DNA of 64,000 bases from Armatimonadota bacterium (GTDB taxonomy: Bacteria > Armatimonadota > HRBIN16). The position numbers and the translations under genes are program-made. The stretch lies in assembly GCA_026003195.1 (NCBI GenBank), contig BPGU01000005.1, positions 129,851-193,850 on the forward strand. Direction: 5' to 3'. Numbering within the stretch: position 1 is the stretch's first letter; each line of letters begins with the position of its first letter. Under the pieces are notes generated by a model. That model had not been told where the DNA came from. It saw only the letters and a list, made by a program, of their open reading frames with translations, and searched no databases. Shown piece after piece: positions 30,843 to 40,819 of the stretch.

Positions 30843-32728
30843 TGGACCCCATGGCTCTGGTTCAGTATCAGATGCTGAGGGAGCGTGTTATCGCGCAGTG
30901 GTTGCAGACCAACAACACGCTGCCGTTGCTGGAAGAGGAGTACCGTGAGATAGCAAAACTGGCTCCTTACGGGCTGGGTAAGCCACTGCCTTTGCCGTCG
31001 CCGGAATTGGTGGACTGGGAGAGTCTGAGGGACGCTTACACCACGTTGTGGTGGAACTACCTGTTCCTGCGCGAGGGGCTATCCAGGATCGAGCGGCGCT
31101 GGGATAAGGCGATACTGGCTGTGAGGTCCAGAGTGCAGGCGTTACAGAGGGAGTTAAGCGCCGAGCGCAGGCGTGTGCAGGCGCTTGCCGATCGTGATCC
31201 GAGCGTTGTGTACACGCGCTATGATTCCTTTGATACGATGGAATATGTGCATTCGTCTACGGATGCGGTGGTGGACACATCGAGCGGTGTGGTGCGTCTG
31301 GGATATTCCAACTCGCTGGTATCGAGTAGATACAGGACACTGCAGACGGAGAACGGCGTCCGTCTGGTGTTTGACCAGCCTGCAGAGGTCAGCGGATTGC
31401 GTGTACATGTAGACGGCAGTGGCGTGTTATCTATACAGGTTCAGACGGAGACCGGTACGGAGGACGTGTTCCGTTCCGCATTTGGCGGTGAGGGCGATGT
31501 GGAGTTCGGTGCCAGAAAGGCTATGGAGATCATGCTGTCCATCAGCAAGGGCGTCATCCGGTCCGTGGTGCCTTTCAACAGGCGGTACAACGATTCCAGT
31601 TATCTGGTGAGCACGGTATGGTCTATCCCTGCCGGTATACGCGGACAGCTCAGTTCCGCGTTGAAGCTGAGTGTGGAAGCGGATATGCCGCAGGGCACGT
31701 CTGTGCGCGGGTTTGTAAGGTTCACGTCGGGTAGCAGTTCCGGGAACTGGTTAGACGCTTCCAGACCGGTGCCTCTGCCGGTACTGACGGAACAGGTGGA
31801 GTTGTCGCCCGAGCAGTGGCAGCTTCAGCCGGAAGGCGTATATCGCCATCCCTATCTGTTCGATGTGGACAACCTGCGCGTGGAGGTGGGGATAGACCAG
31901 TGGTCTATCCAGTACTCACCCATGGATTCGGACGAGGTAACTCGCGTGGCTTCCCGGAAGCCCATCTCGGTGAATCCCGGCAGGTTCTCCTCCGCGCCGG
32001 GCTTCTTGAGGAGTGTGGAATGCAGTCCGATGTATGAGTCGGACGGCACTCTGAGCTCGGTGCGTCCGGTATCTCCAGTGGACCAGAACGATATACTCTA
32101 TCTGCTCATCGGCTCGGAGGCACGGTTCGCCCTGTCCGCTCACAGACTGCAGCCCGGCACGTTGTATATGATCAGCGCCTATGTGCATTCGCAGGGCGAC
32201 TCGGAGCGTGTGGTGTTCATGGAGTTGCACGGTACGAACGACAGGGTGTGTGCCGGCATGTTTGTGAATTCCCAGCAGGTGCTGTCCCATCGTATAGGTA
32301 GCGGGGAGGCGGCGGACAGGAAACAGCGTGCTACGGTGAAGTTACGCGATGGATGGAACCTGGTGCAGTTGATATTCGCCACCGCATCAGAGGATACGTT
32401 GTGGCTGGTGTTCGGGTTCGGGGCAAGGAACGTCCGGGCGTTCAACACTCCGTTTACAGAGTGTTCGCCACACCTGTTGCGGTATGATCCGCGTTACCTG
32501 AACGGATACTATGCGCTCTATCCGGTGTCCGGTGGAGTGAACGTGGAGATGGCGATGCCCATGCGCAGTATCGCTGTGGGTGGCATTGTCACCAGACCGC
32601 CTCGTGTCACCGTCACCACGTCCAGACTGGATAACGTGGACGGCGTGCAGGTGATGTTGCAGCTGGCTACCGGCGATGGTTCGGTCTCGCCTGTTGTGAA
32701 GGCTTACAGGCTGGAGGTGCTGGAATGA
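30842..32728 (+). CDS. structural protein (628 aa)
   Basis: ORF with ATGA overlap to the upstream gene. Confidence 0.65.
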   Translation: MDPMALVQYQMLRERVIAQWLQTNNTLPLLEEEYREIAKLAPYGLGKPLPLPSPELVDWESLRDAYTTLWWNYLFLREGLSRIERRWDKAILAVRSRVQALQRELSAERRRVQALADRDPSVVYTRYDSFDTMEYVHSSTDAVVDTSSGVVRLGYSNSLVSSRYRTLQTENGVRLVFDQPAEVSGLRVHVDGSGVLSIQVQTETGTEDVFRSAFGGEGDVEFGARKAMEIMLSISKGVIRSVVPFNRRYNDSSYLVSTVWSIPAGIRGQLSSALKLSVEADMPQGTSVRGFVRFTSGSSSGNWLDASRPVPLPVLTEQVELSPEQWQLQPEGVYRHPYLFDVDNLRVEVGIDQWSIQYSPMDSDEVTRVASRKPISVNPGRFSSAPGFLRSVECSPMYESDGTLSSVRPVSPVDQNDILYLLIGSEARFALSAHRLQPGTLYMISAYVHSQGDSERVVFMELHGTNDRVCAGMFVNSQQVLSHRIGSGEAADRKQRATVKLRDGWNLVQLIFATASEDTLWLVFGFGARNVRAFNTPFTECSPHLLRYDPRYLNGYYALYPVSGGVNVEMAMPMRSIAVGGIVTRPPRVTVTTSRLDNVDGVQVMLQLATGDGSVSPVVKAYRLEVLE

Positions 32729-33399
32729 GATACTTCCAGAGCATGCACTATCGGGACTGGTCGCTTCCTGTGCAGGGCGGTATCACGCTTGCGCCGGGCG
32801 CTTCCGACACGTTCCGCATGGTGCTCTACACGAGGAGCATACCGTCCGGCACGAGTGCGGCTTCGGCGCTGGTGCATCTGTACCTTTATGTGCAGACGGA
32901 CGGTCCGGTACGGTTCTCCTTCGGGAGCTCTCAGGTTGACCTGACGGAGACCGGTATAGCCTGTCTGCTCATTCCAGGCAACCAGCTTCCAGGCATAGCG
33001 TCGTATTTTGGTAACTTCGGTGGTCCGGCGTATTACGATGTGTATATCACCGCAACCAATATCGGTAATGCGCCTGTAACGTTCAAGATAAGGCATTACC
33101 AGCCCTTTATCGATTACACCAGTCTGGGTGTTCCCAATCCGGTCTATCATGGCACGGAGCCTGATACCGAATATAACAGACCGGACGCCTGCTTCCTTGC
33201 GACCAGGTTTGTGTATCGCGGTGTGCGCAGCGCGTTTCCGTTCATGACCATGTTGCAGAACACCACTCAGGGGCTGGGCACCGCGATGGTATCTGCCAGC
33301 ATCGCGCCGGTGCAGGCGAGCGGTATGAAGTCGCTCGTCTCGGCGATATTAAGACGGGAGCGGATGTTCTTCAGGGACGGAGTTTATGGAGGTGTCTGA
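32725..33399 (+). CDS. structural protein (224 aa)
   Basis: ATG with GGAGGTG upstream. Confidence 0.6.
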   Translation: MRYFQSMHYRDWSLPVQGGITLAPGASDTFRMVLYTRSIPSGTSAASALVHLYLYVQTDGPVRFSFGSSQVDLTETGIACLLIPGNQLPGIASYFGNFGGPAYYDVYITATNIGNAPVTFKIRHYQPFIDYTSLGVPNPVYHGTEPDTEYNRPDACFLATRFVYRGVRSAFPFMTMLQNTTQGLGTAMVSASIAPVQASGMKSLVSAILRRERMFFRDGVYGGV

Positions 33400-33853
33400 G
33401 GTGGCTGATCTGGACAAAGACTTCATTGTGCGTTATGCTCGTGAAATCGGTCTGGAGTGGTTGGAGTCGGCGATAGAGCCCGGTGCGCTGGCTACCAGTG
33501 AGACTCTGAACAGGTTCCGTCGCAACGTGGAGGAAGCCGTTCAGCAGATGACTTCACAGTTCAGGCAGTACGAGATGAGCAACCAGCAATCGTCCGGCTG
33601 GGTGGCTTCTATGGCAACGTGGCTGTTGAACCAGATAAACTCCACCTTAGACGCCTATAACACTCTATCGTCGGGCTGGCAGTACCGGTTTGCCGATCCT
33701 TTCATCACTCGCGGATGGACGACCAGTTCCTCCAGCATGCATAACCTCACGTTCGGGCAGATCACGCCGCCGGTGGACGATTCCACGATGGTGATGAACA
33801 GCAAAAGGAAGGTGTACTTCTCCGCCTCACAACTCGTTACCGACTCCTCATGA
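33386..33853 (+). CDS. hypothetical protein (155 aa)
   Basis: ORF overlapping the upstream stop. Confidence 0.55.
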   Translation: MEVSEVADLDKDFIVRYAREIGLEWLESAIEPGALATSETLNRFRRNVEEAVQQMTSQFRQYEMSNQQSSGWVASMATWLLNQINSTLDAYNTLSSGWQYRFADPFITRGWTTSSSSMHNLTFGQITPPVDDSTMVMNSKRKVYFSASQLVTDSS

Positions 33854-33863
33854 TGGCGGCGAT

Positions 33864-34439
33864 ATGGAGTTCGACCTGACCGGGATGATGGAGGATCCCA
33901 ACTGGAACTATCCGATTCCCCTGCCGGATATGGGCAGACAGTATCTCTGGTTGTATATGCCTCTGATTGAGTCCAGCCTGTTACCGAACAATCTGGAGTT
34001 TGCGGTGATGCCTGGCGGTTCGGTATATGTGCGTTATGTGTATGTGCGCACGAGCTCCGGCTGGGTTCAGGTGATAAATGGGCATTCCAACCTGATGGCG
34101 GGCAGGTTCTGGTGGGATGTGAGGTCTACCGGCAGAGTGACTGCGGTAGGTGTATCGCTGATAAGGAGCAATCTCTCTATGAGAACGGCGCTGGTTCGCA
34201 TGGTTCCTTACAGCACCAGGTTCCAGGAGAGCGGTGTCGCCGAGTTTGATACAAGAGCGGGATTCCTGGACTCGTCGTTCAGCGTCAAGTCCTGGACGTT
34301 GTACCCATCGTTCCCCAGCAGTCCTTCCATGACGGCATCACTGAGCGGCTCAGGTAACAGCGTGATCCGGGTTGTGATAAACAGGTTGACGCCATATGTG
34401 CCGTCCATCTTGTCCGGCATCCGTGTAGAGAAGCTGTAG
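33864..34439 (+). CDS. hypothetical protein (191 aa)
   Basis: ORF. Confidence 0.55.
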   Translation: MEFDLTGMMEDPNWNYPIPLPDMGRQYLWLYMPLIESSLLPNNLEFAVMPGGSVYVRYVYVRTSSGWVQVINGHSNLMAGRFWWDVRSTGRVTAVGVSLIRSNLSMRTALVRMVPYSTRFQESGVAEFDTRAGFLDSSFSVKSWTLYPSFPSSPSMTASLSGSGNSVIRVVINRLTPYVPSILSGIRVEKL

Positions 34440-34486
34440 TGCGTGGGTACTGATATGGTAGATGCACTGAGGAGGTGTGTTCTACC

Positions 34487-35074
34487 ATGCAAGTACCCCA
34501 TTTGCCAGGATATTATCCGCGTGATGTCTGGACCAGCGTACGTCCCCAGTTCTCCGTCAGAGTGTTAGCCAGAGGTATTGTCTTGCACCACAGCGCCGGT
34601 CCGAATGCGGAGCCCAGATCGGGACAGGAGGAGGTGCATCGGTTTGCTGCGGTTGTGCGCAGCTTCTACGATCACCACACAAAGAGCAACGGCTGGAAGG
34701 ATATCGGTTATCACTTTGTTATCAGCCGCGGCGGATTGATCTTTGAGGCGCGGAACGGTTCCGGAAAGGCTTTGATAGACGGTCTCATCCCTGTTGGTGC
34801 GCACTGTCCTGGCAAGAACGCAACCCATATTGGTATCTGTTTGGAAGGTAACTACCAGTTAGCCAGCGAGCTGCCAAGTAGTTTATGGGAGTCTCTGGTG
34901 CGGCTTATGGCGCGGTTATCTTTGGCGGCTGGTATCGAGTTGAACCGCGCCACGGTGTTGTTGCACCGTGATGTGGTAAGCACTGTGTGTCCAGGCGACA
35001 CTGTGCAGAACAAGCTGGATGCGATCATTACGCATGCCAATCGTATCAAAGACCAGATTCGTGGAGGTGCATAG
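34487..35074 (+). CDS. N-acetylmuramoyl-L-alanine amidase (Amidase_2 / PGRP fold) endolysin
   Basis: GIVLHHSAG...GYHFVISRGGLIFEARN...HCPGKNATHIGICLEGNY matches the zinc-amidase PGRP/T7-lysozyme family. ATG with GGAGGTG 10 nt upstream. Confidence 0.8.
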   Translation: MQVPHLPGYYPRDVWTSVRPQFSVRVLARGIVLHHSAGPNAEPRSGQEEVHRFAAVVRSFYDHHTKSNGWKDIGYHFVISRGGLIFEARNGSGKALIDGLIPVGAHCPGKNATHIGICLEGNYQLASELPSSLWESLVRLMARLSLAAGIELNRATVLLHRDVVSTVCPGDTVQNKLDAIITHANRIKDQIRGGA

Positions 35075-35509
35075 ATGGCTGTTATCGATGACGAGATCGT
35101 GCTCCAGTGGTTACAGGAGGATTTGCGTGGTGAGCAGCAGGCAGCTCATCAGTACCTGATAGCGCACTGGTTACTTCAGGGCGCCTTACGTCCGATGTAT
35201 CGTGACCTGTTCCGCAAGTGGGCGGTAGAAGAGATGAAGCATCTGGACGAGTTGGGCGAGTGGGTAGTGAAGTTCGGTGGTGTGCCTGACCTGTTGCATC
35301 CGCTGGCGCTGGAGGAGGTGCGAACGCCCACTCAGGCCATATCGCGTTCTTTGCAACTGGAGCAGGAGACGGTGCAGAGGTATATGGGCAGGGTGCAGGC
35401 TTTGTCCGGTACCGAGTATGAGGATCTCTCGCAGCTCTATCAGCAGTTACTGCTGGATGAATCGGAGCACCGTAACGAACTGTTGCAGATGAACGGCGGT
35501 GAGATGTGA
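35075..35509 (+). CDS. ferritin-like / bacterioferritin-like four-helix-bundle protein (144 aa)
   Basis: EEMKHLDELGEWVVKFGGVP resembles the bacterioferritin E-x-x-H iron-site motif, with a second ESEHRNEL near the C-terminus. Confidence 0.5.
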   Translation: MAVIDDEIVLQWLQEDLRGEQQAAHQYLIAHWLLQGALRPMYRDLFRKWAVEEMKHLDELGEWVVKFGGVPDLLHPLALEEVRTPTQAISRSLQLEQETVQRYMGRVQALSGTEYEDLSQLYQQLLLDESEHRNELLQMNGGEM

Positions 35510-36081
35510 TAAGGCTGATTGCCTCCATACCGTCCCTGCCACTGCCGGATCCGCTGTGGTACGGCTTCCTGCAACGCATATTCCCTGAACAGCCGGATAT
35601 CGTGCTGGATCTGGTGCAAATCACCTCTCAGGCGGAGTACACGGGGTTTACAATAGTAGACTATATTCTGTATAATTATGGAGGAGATGCTGGTGCTCAG
35701 TATCCACGTCATCGTCACTCCATACACAACGGCATCGTGTTGCTCTTGTCTGAGCGGGATATCGTGCGGTGGCAGGATATCGAGTTACCTGTTCCATTTG
35801 CCGTGCAGTGTTACGAGCATGGTCATCCTGAGGAGTGGGTAGAGCGCTATCCCGACCGTTTATGGGTGACCAGATTCTGGTTTGGCGGTCCGGTATGGCT
35901 CAGCTATCTTGGATGTGACCACATCGTGTTTGACATACCGCCCCTTCTCAGCCCTGCATGGAAGGGCGTATTGAGCAGGTTGGTCGGTTTTGTCGGTTCG
36001 TCTCATGCGGAGCTTGTGGAGCATATACCCGGGTTCTTAAATCGCGTTTGCGAGACCGTTTATGGAGGTAACCATGTCTGA
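35506..36081 (+). CDS. hypothetical protein (191 aa)
   Basis: ORF. Confidence 0.5.
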   Translation: MIRLIASIPSLPLPDPLWYGFLQRIFPEQPDIVLDLVQITSQAEYTGFTIVDYILYNYGGDAGAQYPRHRHSIHNGIVLLLSERDIVRWQDIELPVPFAVQCYEHGHPEEWVERYPDRLWVTRFWFGGPVWLSYLGCDHIVFDIPPLLSPAWKGVLSRLVGFVGSSHAELVEHIPGFLNRVCETVYGGNHV

Positions 36082-36334
36082 CGATTTGTTGACTGCGGTG
36101 TGGTTGTGCGGGAGCGTCGTGAAGTGGATATTCATGCCGCTTCTGGAGAGCTTTCCACGTATAAATGGGCTTCAAATCGGTCAAAAGCGAGGGCTGGTGC
36201 TGGTACTTTGCACGATGCTATCGCCTATCTTTTACCAGTGTAAGGGGATATCGGACCTGTTGCTGGTGGGTATGTCTGCCGGGCTGGTCGCAGTAGGTCA
36301 ACACCATCTGTTTAAGGGCAACAAGGAGAAGTGA
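36074..36334 (+). CDS. small 2-TM membrane protein, holin-like (86 aa)
   Basis: Two hydrophobic helices (LLTAVWLCGSVVKWIFMPLL; LVLVLCTMLSPIFY...LLLVGMSAGLVAV) and a charged C-terminus. GGAGGT 5 nt upstream of ATG 36074. Confidence 0.5.
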   Translation: MSDDLLTAVWLCGSVVKWIFMPLLESFPRINGLQIGQKRGLVLVLCTMLSPIFYQCKGISDLLLVGMSAGLVAVGQHHLFKGNKEK

Positions 36335-36335
36335 C

Positions 36336-36740
36336 ATGACGGACAAAGAGTTCATGCTGTTGCAGATTCCAGGGCGTGAGGATGCCACGATAAACATTAT
36401 TCTGGACAAGTCGGTTAATAACGACTATCCATATCAAGCCAAGCATGTTCGGAGGCTGGCGTGGTTGTTGTCTCAGGCTTTACCACTGCATGTGATTGAG
36501 AGTCTCATTCATGAGTTGATGTTATATGCTCAGGAGACCATCATCCGCGGTGCGCGTATGGAGGCGTCACAGAAGGGCAAGAGGCTGGTGTTCTCCGTGA
36601 AGGACGAGGCGGAATCTCCGTTCCCGGGACAGCTGATGCTCTGGTATGATGACCGGCCAGTGGAAGATGGAGCGCCTTCAGATGAGCTGGAGATAATAGA
36701 CGAACCTTTTGATGACCTGGAGGACGAGTCCGATGAATAG
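36336..36740 (+). CDS. hypothetical protein with highly acidic C-terminus (134 aa)
   Basis: ORF with AAGGAG SD. C-terminal DELEIIDEPFDDLEDESDE. Confidence 0.5.
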   Translation: MTDKEFMLLQIPGREDATINIILDKSVNNDYPYQAKHVRRLAWLLSQALPLHVIESLIHELMLYAQETIIRGARMEASQKGKRLVFSVKDEAESPFPGQLMLWYDDRPVEDGAPSDELEIIDEPFDDLEDESDE

Positions 36741-36936
36741 CCCCGCTATCTCTGAATACCAGTGTCCCAATCCAAATTGTAAGCAAGGTAAGGATAGAAA
36801 CAGGTACTTATACATGCCCAATTTGCCGTTTGAGAGGATAGAATATGTACAGATTGACCAGTTTGGCAATGAGATAAGCTCCCGTGTGGTATATCGATGC
36901 AGATACTGTGGGACGGAGTTCACGGTGCAGAGGTAG
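36733..36936 (+). CDS. zinc-ribbon protein (67 aa)
   Basis: CPNPNC...CRYC four-Cys arrangement. Confidence 0.45.
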   Translation: MNSPAISEYQCPNPNCKQGKDRNRYLYMPNLPFERIEYVQIDQFGNEISSRVVYRCRYCGTEFTVQR

Positions 36937-36940
36937 TGGT

Positions 36941-37462
36941 ATGTCCAGAAACAGTGGTCTTGCCTTTGAACGTGAGTTGCTGGCGTCTGCATCCTCCTGC
37001 GAGCACCTCGTGCTTGTGAAGATCCCTGTCGGATACTCTCCACTCAAACGCTTCGCCGGTGGTGGTTATGCGGATATGGTAGGCAATCTACACGGCATCG
37101 CCATCGCCATCGAAGCCAAGAGCTGTCGAGGCGGGCGCTTCAGCCTTGGCAGGATCACTGACAAACAGTTAGACTTCCTTCTCAAATGGCAGCAGGCTGG
37201 CGGATACGCCTTCGTGCTGCTGCGCTATGGATATCGTAACGTGCGCCTTGTTGTGATCGATGTGCGGCAGCTGCTGGCGTGGAAGGCTAAAGGCAAGAAG
37301 GGCATATCTGAGCGCGATATCCAGTATCTTCCATGCATCCCTCGGCGTGGTGCAAGGTGGTGCATGGAGGCTCTATATTCTATCATTCAGGAGGATGTAG
37401 ATGGCCATAAGCGATTTGAACGGCAAGATTCACAGGCTGGTGTTACCGGCGAAGCAAGGTGA
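36941..37462 (+). CDS. Holliday junction resolvase, archaeal Hjc / PD-(D/E)xK type
   Basis: GLAFERELL...GG..ADMVG......AIAIEAKS follows the Hjc motif order (E-R-x-L ... D ... E-x-K). Confidence 0.6.
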   Translation: MSRNSGLAFERELLASASSCEHLVLVKIPVGYSPLKRFAGGGYADMVGNLHGIAIAIEAKSCRGGRFSLGRITDKQLDFLLKWQQAGGYAFVLLRYGYRNVRLVVIDVRQLLAWKAKGKKGISERDIQYLPCIPRRGARWCMEALYSIIQEDVDGHKRFERQDSQAGVTGEAR

Positions 37463-37973
37463 TTATCAGTCGCTCTGTGAGCTCTGGGGCACGGTTCGTG
37501 GCTTCCTGATCAGGCGGTTTGCCGACAGTCTGAGGCGTGCCCGTTTGTATGATGGCGATATTGAGGGATTCTGCTACCTTGCGTTCCATGAAGCCCTGCA
37601 AAGGTATGATCCAGACCGTGGGTTCCCGTTCCTCACGTATTGCTTCTATATCCTGAAGTATCACACCATTGCCTATATGCGAGAGCGGCATCGCGTGCGT
37701 GACCTGGAGATACCGTTCCGTAACTTCTCCGATGAGGAAGGCGAATCCTGTGACGAGCTGCTGATGCGCGATATGGTGTCTCCTTCGTTTGACGATGATG
37801 TTATTACGAGAGTATGGGCGTCCGGTATACGAGAGCCTGACTGCCGTATAGCGCTGATGTTGATGGAAGGTTACACCGTCACTGAGGTGATGTATGAGTT
37901 AAAGATATCCAAATCCACCTTCTACAGGGCAAGGAACAGGATACGTCGGGCTTTGAAGGAGGTAATGCCATGA
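37401..37973 (+). CDS. sigma-70 family (ECF-like) sigma factor
   Basis: Region 2-like GFPFLTYCFYILKYHTIAYMRERHR. Region 4 HTH EGYTVTEVMYELKISKSTFYRARNRIRRALKE. Confidence 0.65.
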   Translation: MAISDLNGKIHRLVLPAKQGDYQSLCELWGTVRGFLIRRFADSLRRARLYDGDIEGFCYLAFHEALQRYDPDRGFPFLTYCFYILKYHTIAYMRERHRVRDLEIPFRNFSDEEGESCDELLMRDMVSPSFDDDVITRVWASGIREPDCRIALMLMEGYTVTEVMYELKISKSTFYRARNRIRRALKEVMP

Positions 37974-38308
37974 AGCCTGTATCCCAGTTGTTGCGCGGCA
38001 GGTTCTACTCCACGCATCTCACCGTGCGCTGTTCGGAATATCATCGATGTCTGGTGTGTGGAGGCTGTCGCCACTACGACCGTAACAGTCTGGTGTGTCG
38101 CAACTGTGAGGGGATGAAGGCTGCGCCGAACTGCAGTTGCAAGCCGTCCAGTCTGCTTGCGGTGCGTTTGATAACGCGCAAGCTGGGATACGAGATGCTC
38201 CATGCGGATATGCCCCGCAAGAGCACCGTAGTCACGCTGGAGGAGGATCCGGAGATGCAGAGGTTTATCAGTGAGAACTTGAATGCAGTGAAGGAGAGTG
38301 ACGACTAA
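37970..38308 (+). CDS. Cys-rich zinc-finger protein (112 aa)
   Basis: CLVCGGCRHYDRNSLVCRNCEGMKAAPNCSC. Confidence 0.5.
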   Translation: MKPVSQLLRGRFYSTHLTVRCSEYHRCLVCGGCRHYDRNSLVCRNCEGMKAAPNCSCKPSSLLAVRLITRKLGYEMLHADMPRKSTVVTLEEDPEMQRFISENLNAVKESDD

Positions 38309-38340
38309 CGTGGCCGGTATATCCCCCGCGTTGAGGTGCT

Positions 38341-38976
38341 GTGAACTATGATCACATCGATGATCTCGTTCGTCGGTTCCGTGAAGGTGATAGCGAGGCG
38401 GCGGAACAGCTCATACAGATGTTCCAGCCGATTATCCAGCGTGCTTTCCGGTTCTTGAGGCATGGTTATGTGGGCAACGATGAGATATTTGCGGGGCTCT
38501 GTAAGGTGTACGGCTCCGGTAAGGTGTCTGAAGGCGCCCGCATCATCGCTGACAGGCTGGGCACGCTGGAGGATGATGAACTTATTGCAGAGATACACTA
38601 CTGCTTCCTGCTGGCCGCTCATTCCAGCAGCAATCTCCAGTATGGGTTCCGCAGAAACATCGCCCGTCGCGTAGGGCATCTGCTCGCCAGGAAGAGACGC
38701 GACGTGATCTATCTGGAGGATATACCTTCAGACCATCCTTCCGATGATAACGAGATGGAGTACATCAACTGGGTGATGGGCATATCCGCTTCCGAGCCGT
38801 TTGACAGCCTCACCGAGGAGGAACGCGAGCTGCTGTACCTCCGCATCGTGCTGGAGAAGCCGTTCTCATACATCGCCGAACGGTTCGGCGCGGACGAACA
38901 ACAGCTGGTGAAGCGGTATCAACAGCTTATCAGGCGGTTGAAGGAACTCCATCTGAACACATCCTCCGGGAACTGA
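38341..38976 (+). CDS. sigma-70-like protein, divergent (211 aa)
   Basis: C-terminal region-4-like EERELLYLRIVLEKPFSYIAERFGADEQQLVKRYQQLIRRL. GTG start. Confidence 0.5.
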   Translation: MNYDHIDDLVRRFREGDSEAAEQLIQMFQPIIQRAFRFLRHGYVGNDEIFAGLCKVYGSGKVSEGARIIADRLGTLEDDELIAEIHYCFLLAAHSSSNLQYGFRRNIARRVGHLLARKRRDVIYLEDIPSDHPSDDNEMEYINWVMGISASEPFDSLTEEERELLYLRIVLEKPFSYIAERFGADEQQLVKRYQQLIRRLKELHLNTSSGN

Positions 38977-39398
38977 AGCGACAGGTGCAGCTCGTGCAAG
39001 GCGACTGGTCTCAATCTGAACTCGGATAGCTTCTGCTCTAAAAGCGGGAGAGGCTCGCCCATATCGCGCGCCGCCAGGCTGATACCGTACAGTATCATCA
39101 TGGCGGGAATGCTGTATGGTATCAGTCTGCTTCTCAGATAGACGGAACGGACCATCTGCTTCTTCAAAGTGCTCCTGGCGAGCACCTTCCATCCCTCATA
39201 ACTGCAAATCACCACATGATGAATGGGCGATTCGGAGCGCCTGCTCACTTTGAGATGTCCTACCAGCAAAGCGAGTTTAGGCACGTCCGATGCCATCATG
39301 CCCAGATAGAGCACGTTGTCCTGGATACACAGCCTGTCGTCCTCCGTAACGATAACTTTCAGCCCTTCATCCTGAAGCAACCGGATAAGGTCTTCCAT
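38919..39398 (-). CDS. hypothetical protein (159 aa), last gene of the minus-strand replication operon
   Basis: Protein-like ORF immediately downstream of the primase. Convergent 58-nt overlap with 38341..38976. Confidence 0.45.
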   Translation of the reverse strand: MEDLIRLLQDEGLKVIVTEDDRLCIQDNVLYLGMMASDVPKLALLVGHLKVSRRSESPIHHVVICSYEGWKVLARSTLKKQMVRSVYLRSRLIPYSIPAMMILYGISLAARDMGEPLPLLEQKLSEFRLRPVALHELHLSLQFPEDVFRWSSFNRLISC

Positions 39399-39417
39399 GG
39401 TTTGGACCTCTCTGGCA

Positions 39418-40398
39418 TTATCGGTTGATGGCGCTCAGGATAGGTTCCACACCGTACATCATCACGAAGTCGTCCGGCGCCATCCGACGCTCGCCTTCCA
39501 TCAACTGCAAACGTATGACACCGGCCCCTATCCTCCTCGCCAGTCTGTGAGCCGCTCTCGTTACCTGCACATTATCCTGTTCGCTGTCAAAGAGTACAAA
39601 CCTGCTTTTGAACCTGTAAATCTCGCAAATCTGTTGCAGATGATTCCATGCCGCCGTCACGCCGGGCAACGCCATCACGCTGATATTATCGGGCAGATGG
39701 TCTGCCAACACCATAGCCTTGAACTCGCCTTCTACCACAATCATCGTGGTCTGTTCCACCGCACGCGCAATGTACACACGGGCAGGATAGCCCTTCAAGG
39801 ACAGATACCTCGGCGTGTCGTCCCGGTCCAGCACCTTCCTGCTCCTGACGCTTATCACCTTCCCGTCCTGGAAATAAGGGATAATCACACGACTCGCGTC
39901 AAACACGCGCCGGAAGCATAAATCACCATACCTCTCATAAGCCAGACCGGCAGCGATTATCTCCTCACGGGAGAACCTTAAGCGCTTAATCGTCCTTGTC
40001 ACAAAACAGGCATCCGCCACCATGTAGCGATTGTGCCGAATACCTCGTCTATTCAGCTCTTTGATTGTCAACTTCTGTTCTGACTGTACAAAATTATCCC
40101 ATACAGCTGTGAGTATGTCAACTCCCAAATCGGTATCTACGGTATGGGATGGTGCAAAATCAGGTATATTTACAGTTACGTTCCTGGTGCCGTTCATGCC
40201 AAGCGCCCGCAGAATCTGATCTCTGTGGCATCCGGCGAAGCATTTGACGTTCAGCCTGTTCGCTCTCCATTCGATGATAAGACTGGGATCGTTATCGTGG
40301 TGGCAGGGGCACTGACTGCGGATGCGGTGTCCATGAACGGTGAACCGCAGACCGAGCTGTTTGAGTCGGCTCTGTATCTCCAGCCAGTCCATAAGCAT
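39418..40398 (-). CDS. DNA primase (CHC2 zinc finger + Toprim domain)
   Basis: Zinc finger CPCHHDNDPSLII...KCFAGCH. Toprim MIVVEGEFKAMVLADH...FVLFDSEQDN. The true start is probably the third Met (40390), preceded by GAGGAG. Confidence 0.8.
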   Translation of the reverse strand: MLMDWLEIQSRLKQLGLRFTVHGHRIRSQCPCHHDNDPSLIIEWRANRLNVKCFAGCHRDQILRALGMNGTRNVTVNIPDFAPSHTVDTDLGVDILTAVWDNFVQSEQKLTIKELNRRGIRHNRYMVADACFVTRTIKRLRFSREEIIAAGLAYERYGDLCFRRVFDASRVIIPYFQDGKVISVRSRKVLDRDDTPRYLSLKGYPARVYIARAVEQTTMIVVEGEFKAMVLADHLPDNISVMALPGVTAAWNHLQQICEIYRFKSRFVLFDSEQDNVQVTRAAHRLARRIGAGVIRLQLMEGERRMAPDDFVMMYGVEPILSAINR

Positions 40399-40402
40399 CT
40401 CC

Positions 40403-40816
40403 TCAGTATAGCATCTGTCTGAACTGCTCGATATCCATCACTGTCCATTCCCCATACCGGGACAGAACGGTCTCGCCTGGCCTTAGCGAGCCAGGCGAGA
40501 CGATTCTGCTTCTCCAGTCGGCATCGCCCTCACGACGGCGATGCAACACCAGCACCAGCATCTGCTGGTGCTCGTAACTGTGATGGAACACCACCACCAG
40601 CGCGGCGCTCAATCCCGACTCCAGCGACTGCTTCGCCAGCTTGTCCAGCATGTTCACAGTCAATCGGAACTGCTGTTTGCCGGTGGTCTTGCATTCCACC
40701 ATCCAGTCCTTGCCTATCCAGATGTCGCCCTTGCGGTAACCGCAACCGGAACCGGCGACACGTTTGCCTCCAAACAGGTAAGCCAGACGCTTCTCATGTA
40801 GTTTCCATGCATCCAT
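40403..40816 (-). CDS. PD-(D/E)xK nuclease, Hjc-like resolvase paralogue
   Basis: HEKRLAYLFGGKRVAGSG...GDIWIG...MVECK motif order. Confidence 0.5.
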   Translation of the reverse strand: MDAWKLHEKRLAYLFGGKRVAGSGCGYRKGDIWIGKDWMVECKTTGKQQFRLTVNMLDKLAKQSLESGLSAALVVVFHHSYEHQQMLVLVLHRRREGDADWRSRIVSPGSLRPGETVLSRYGEWTVMDIEQFRQMLY

Positions 40817-40819
40817 CGC

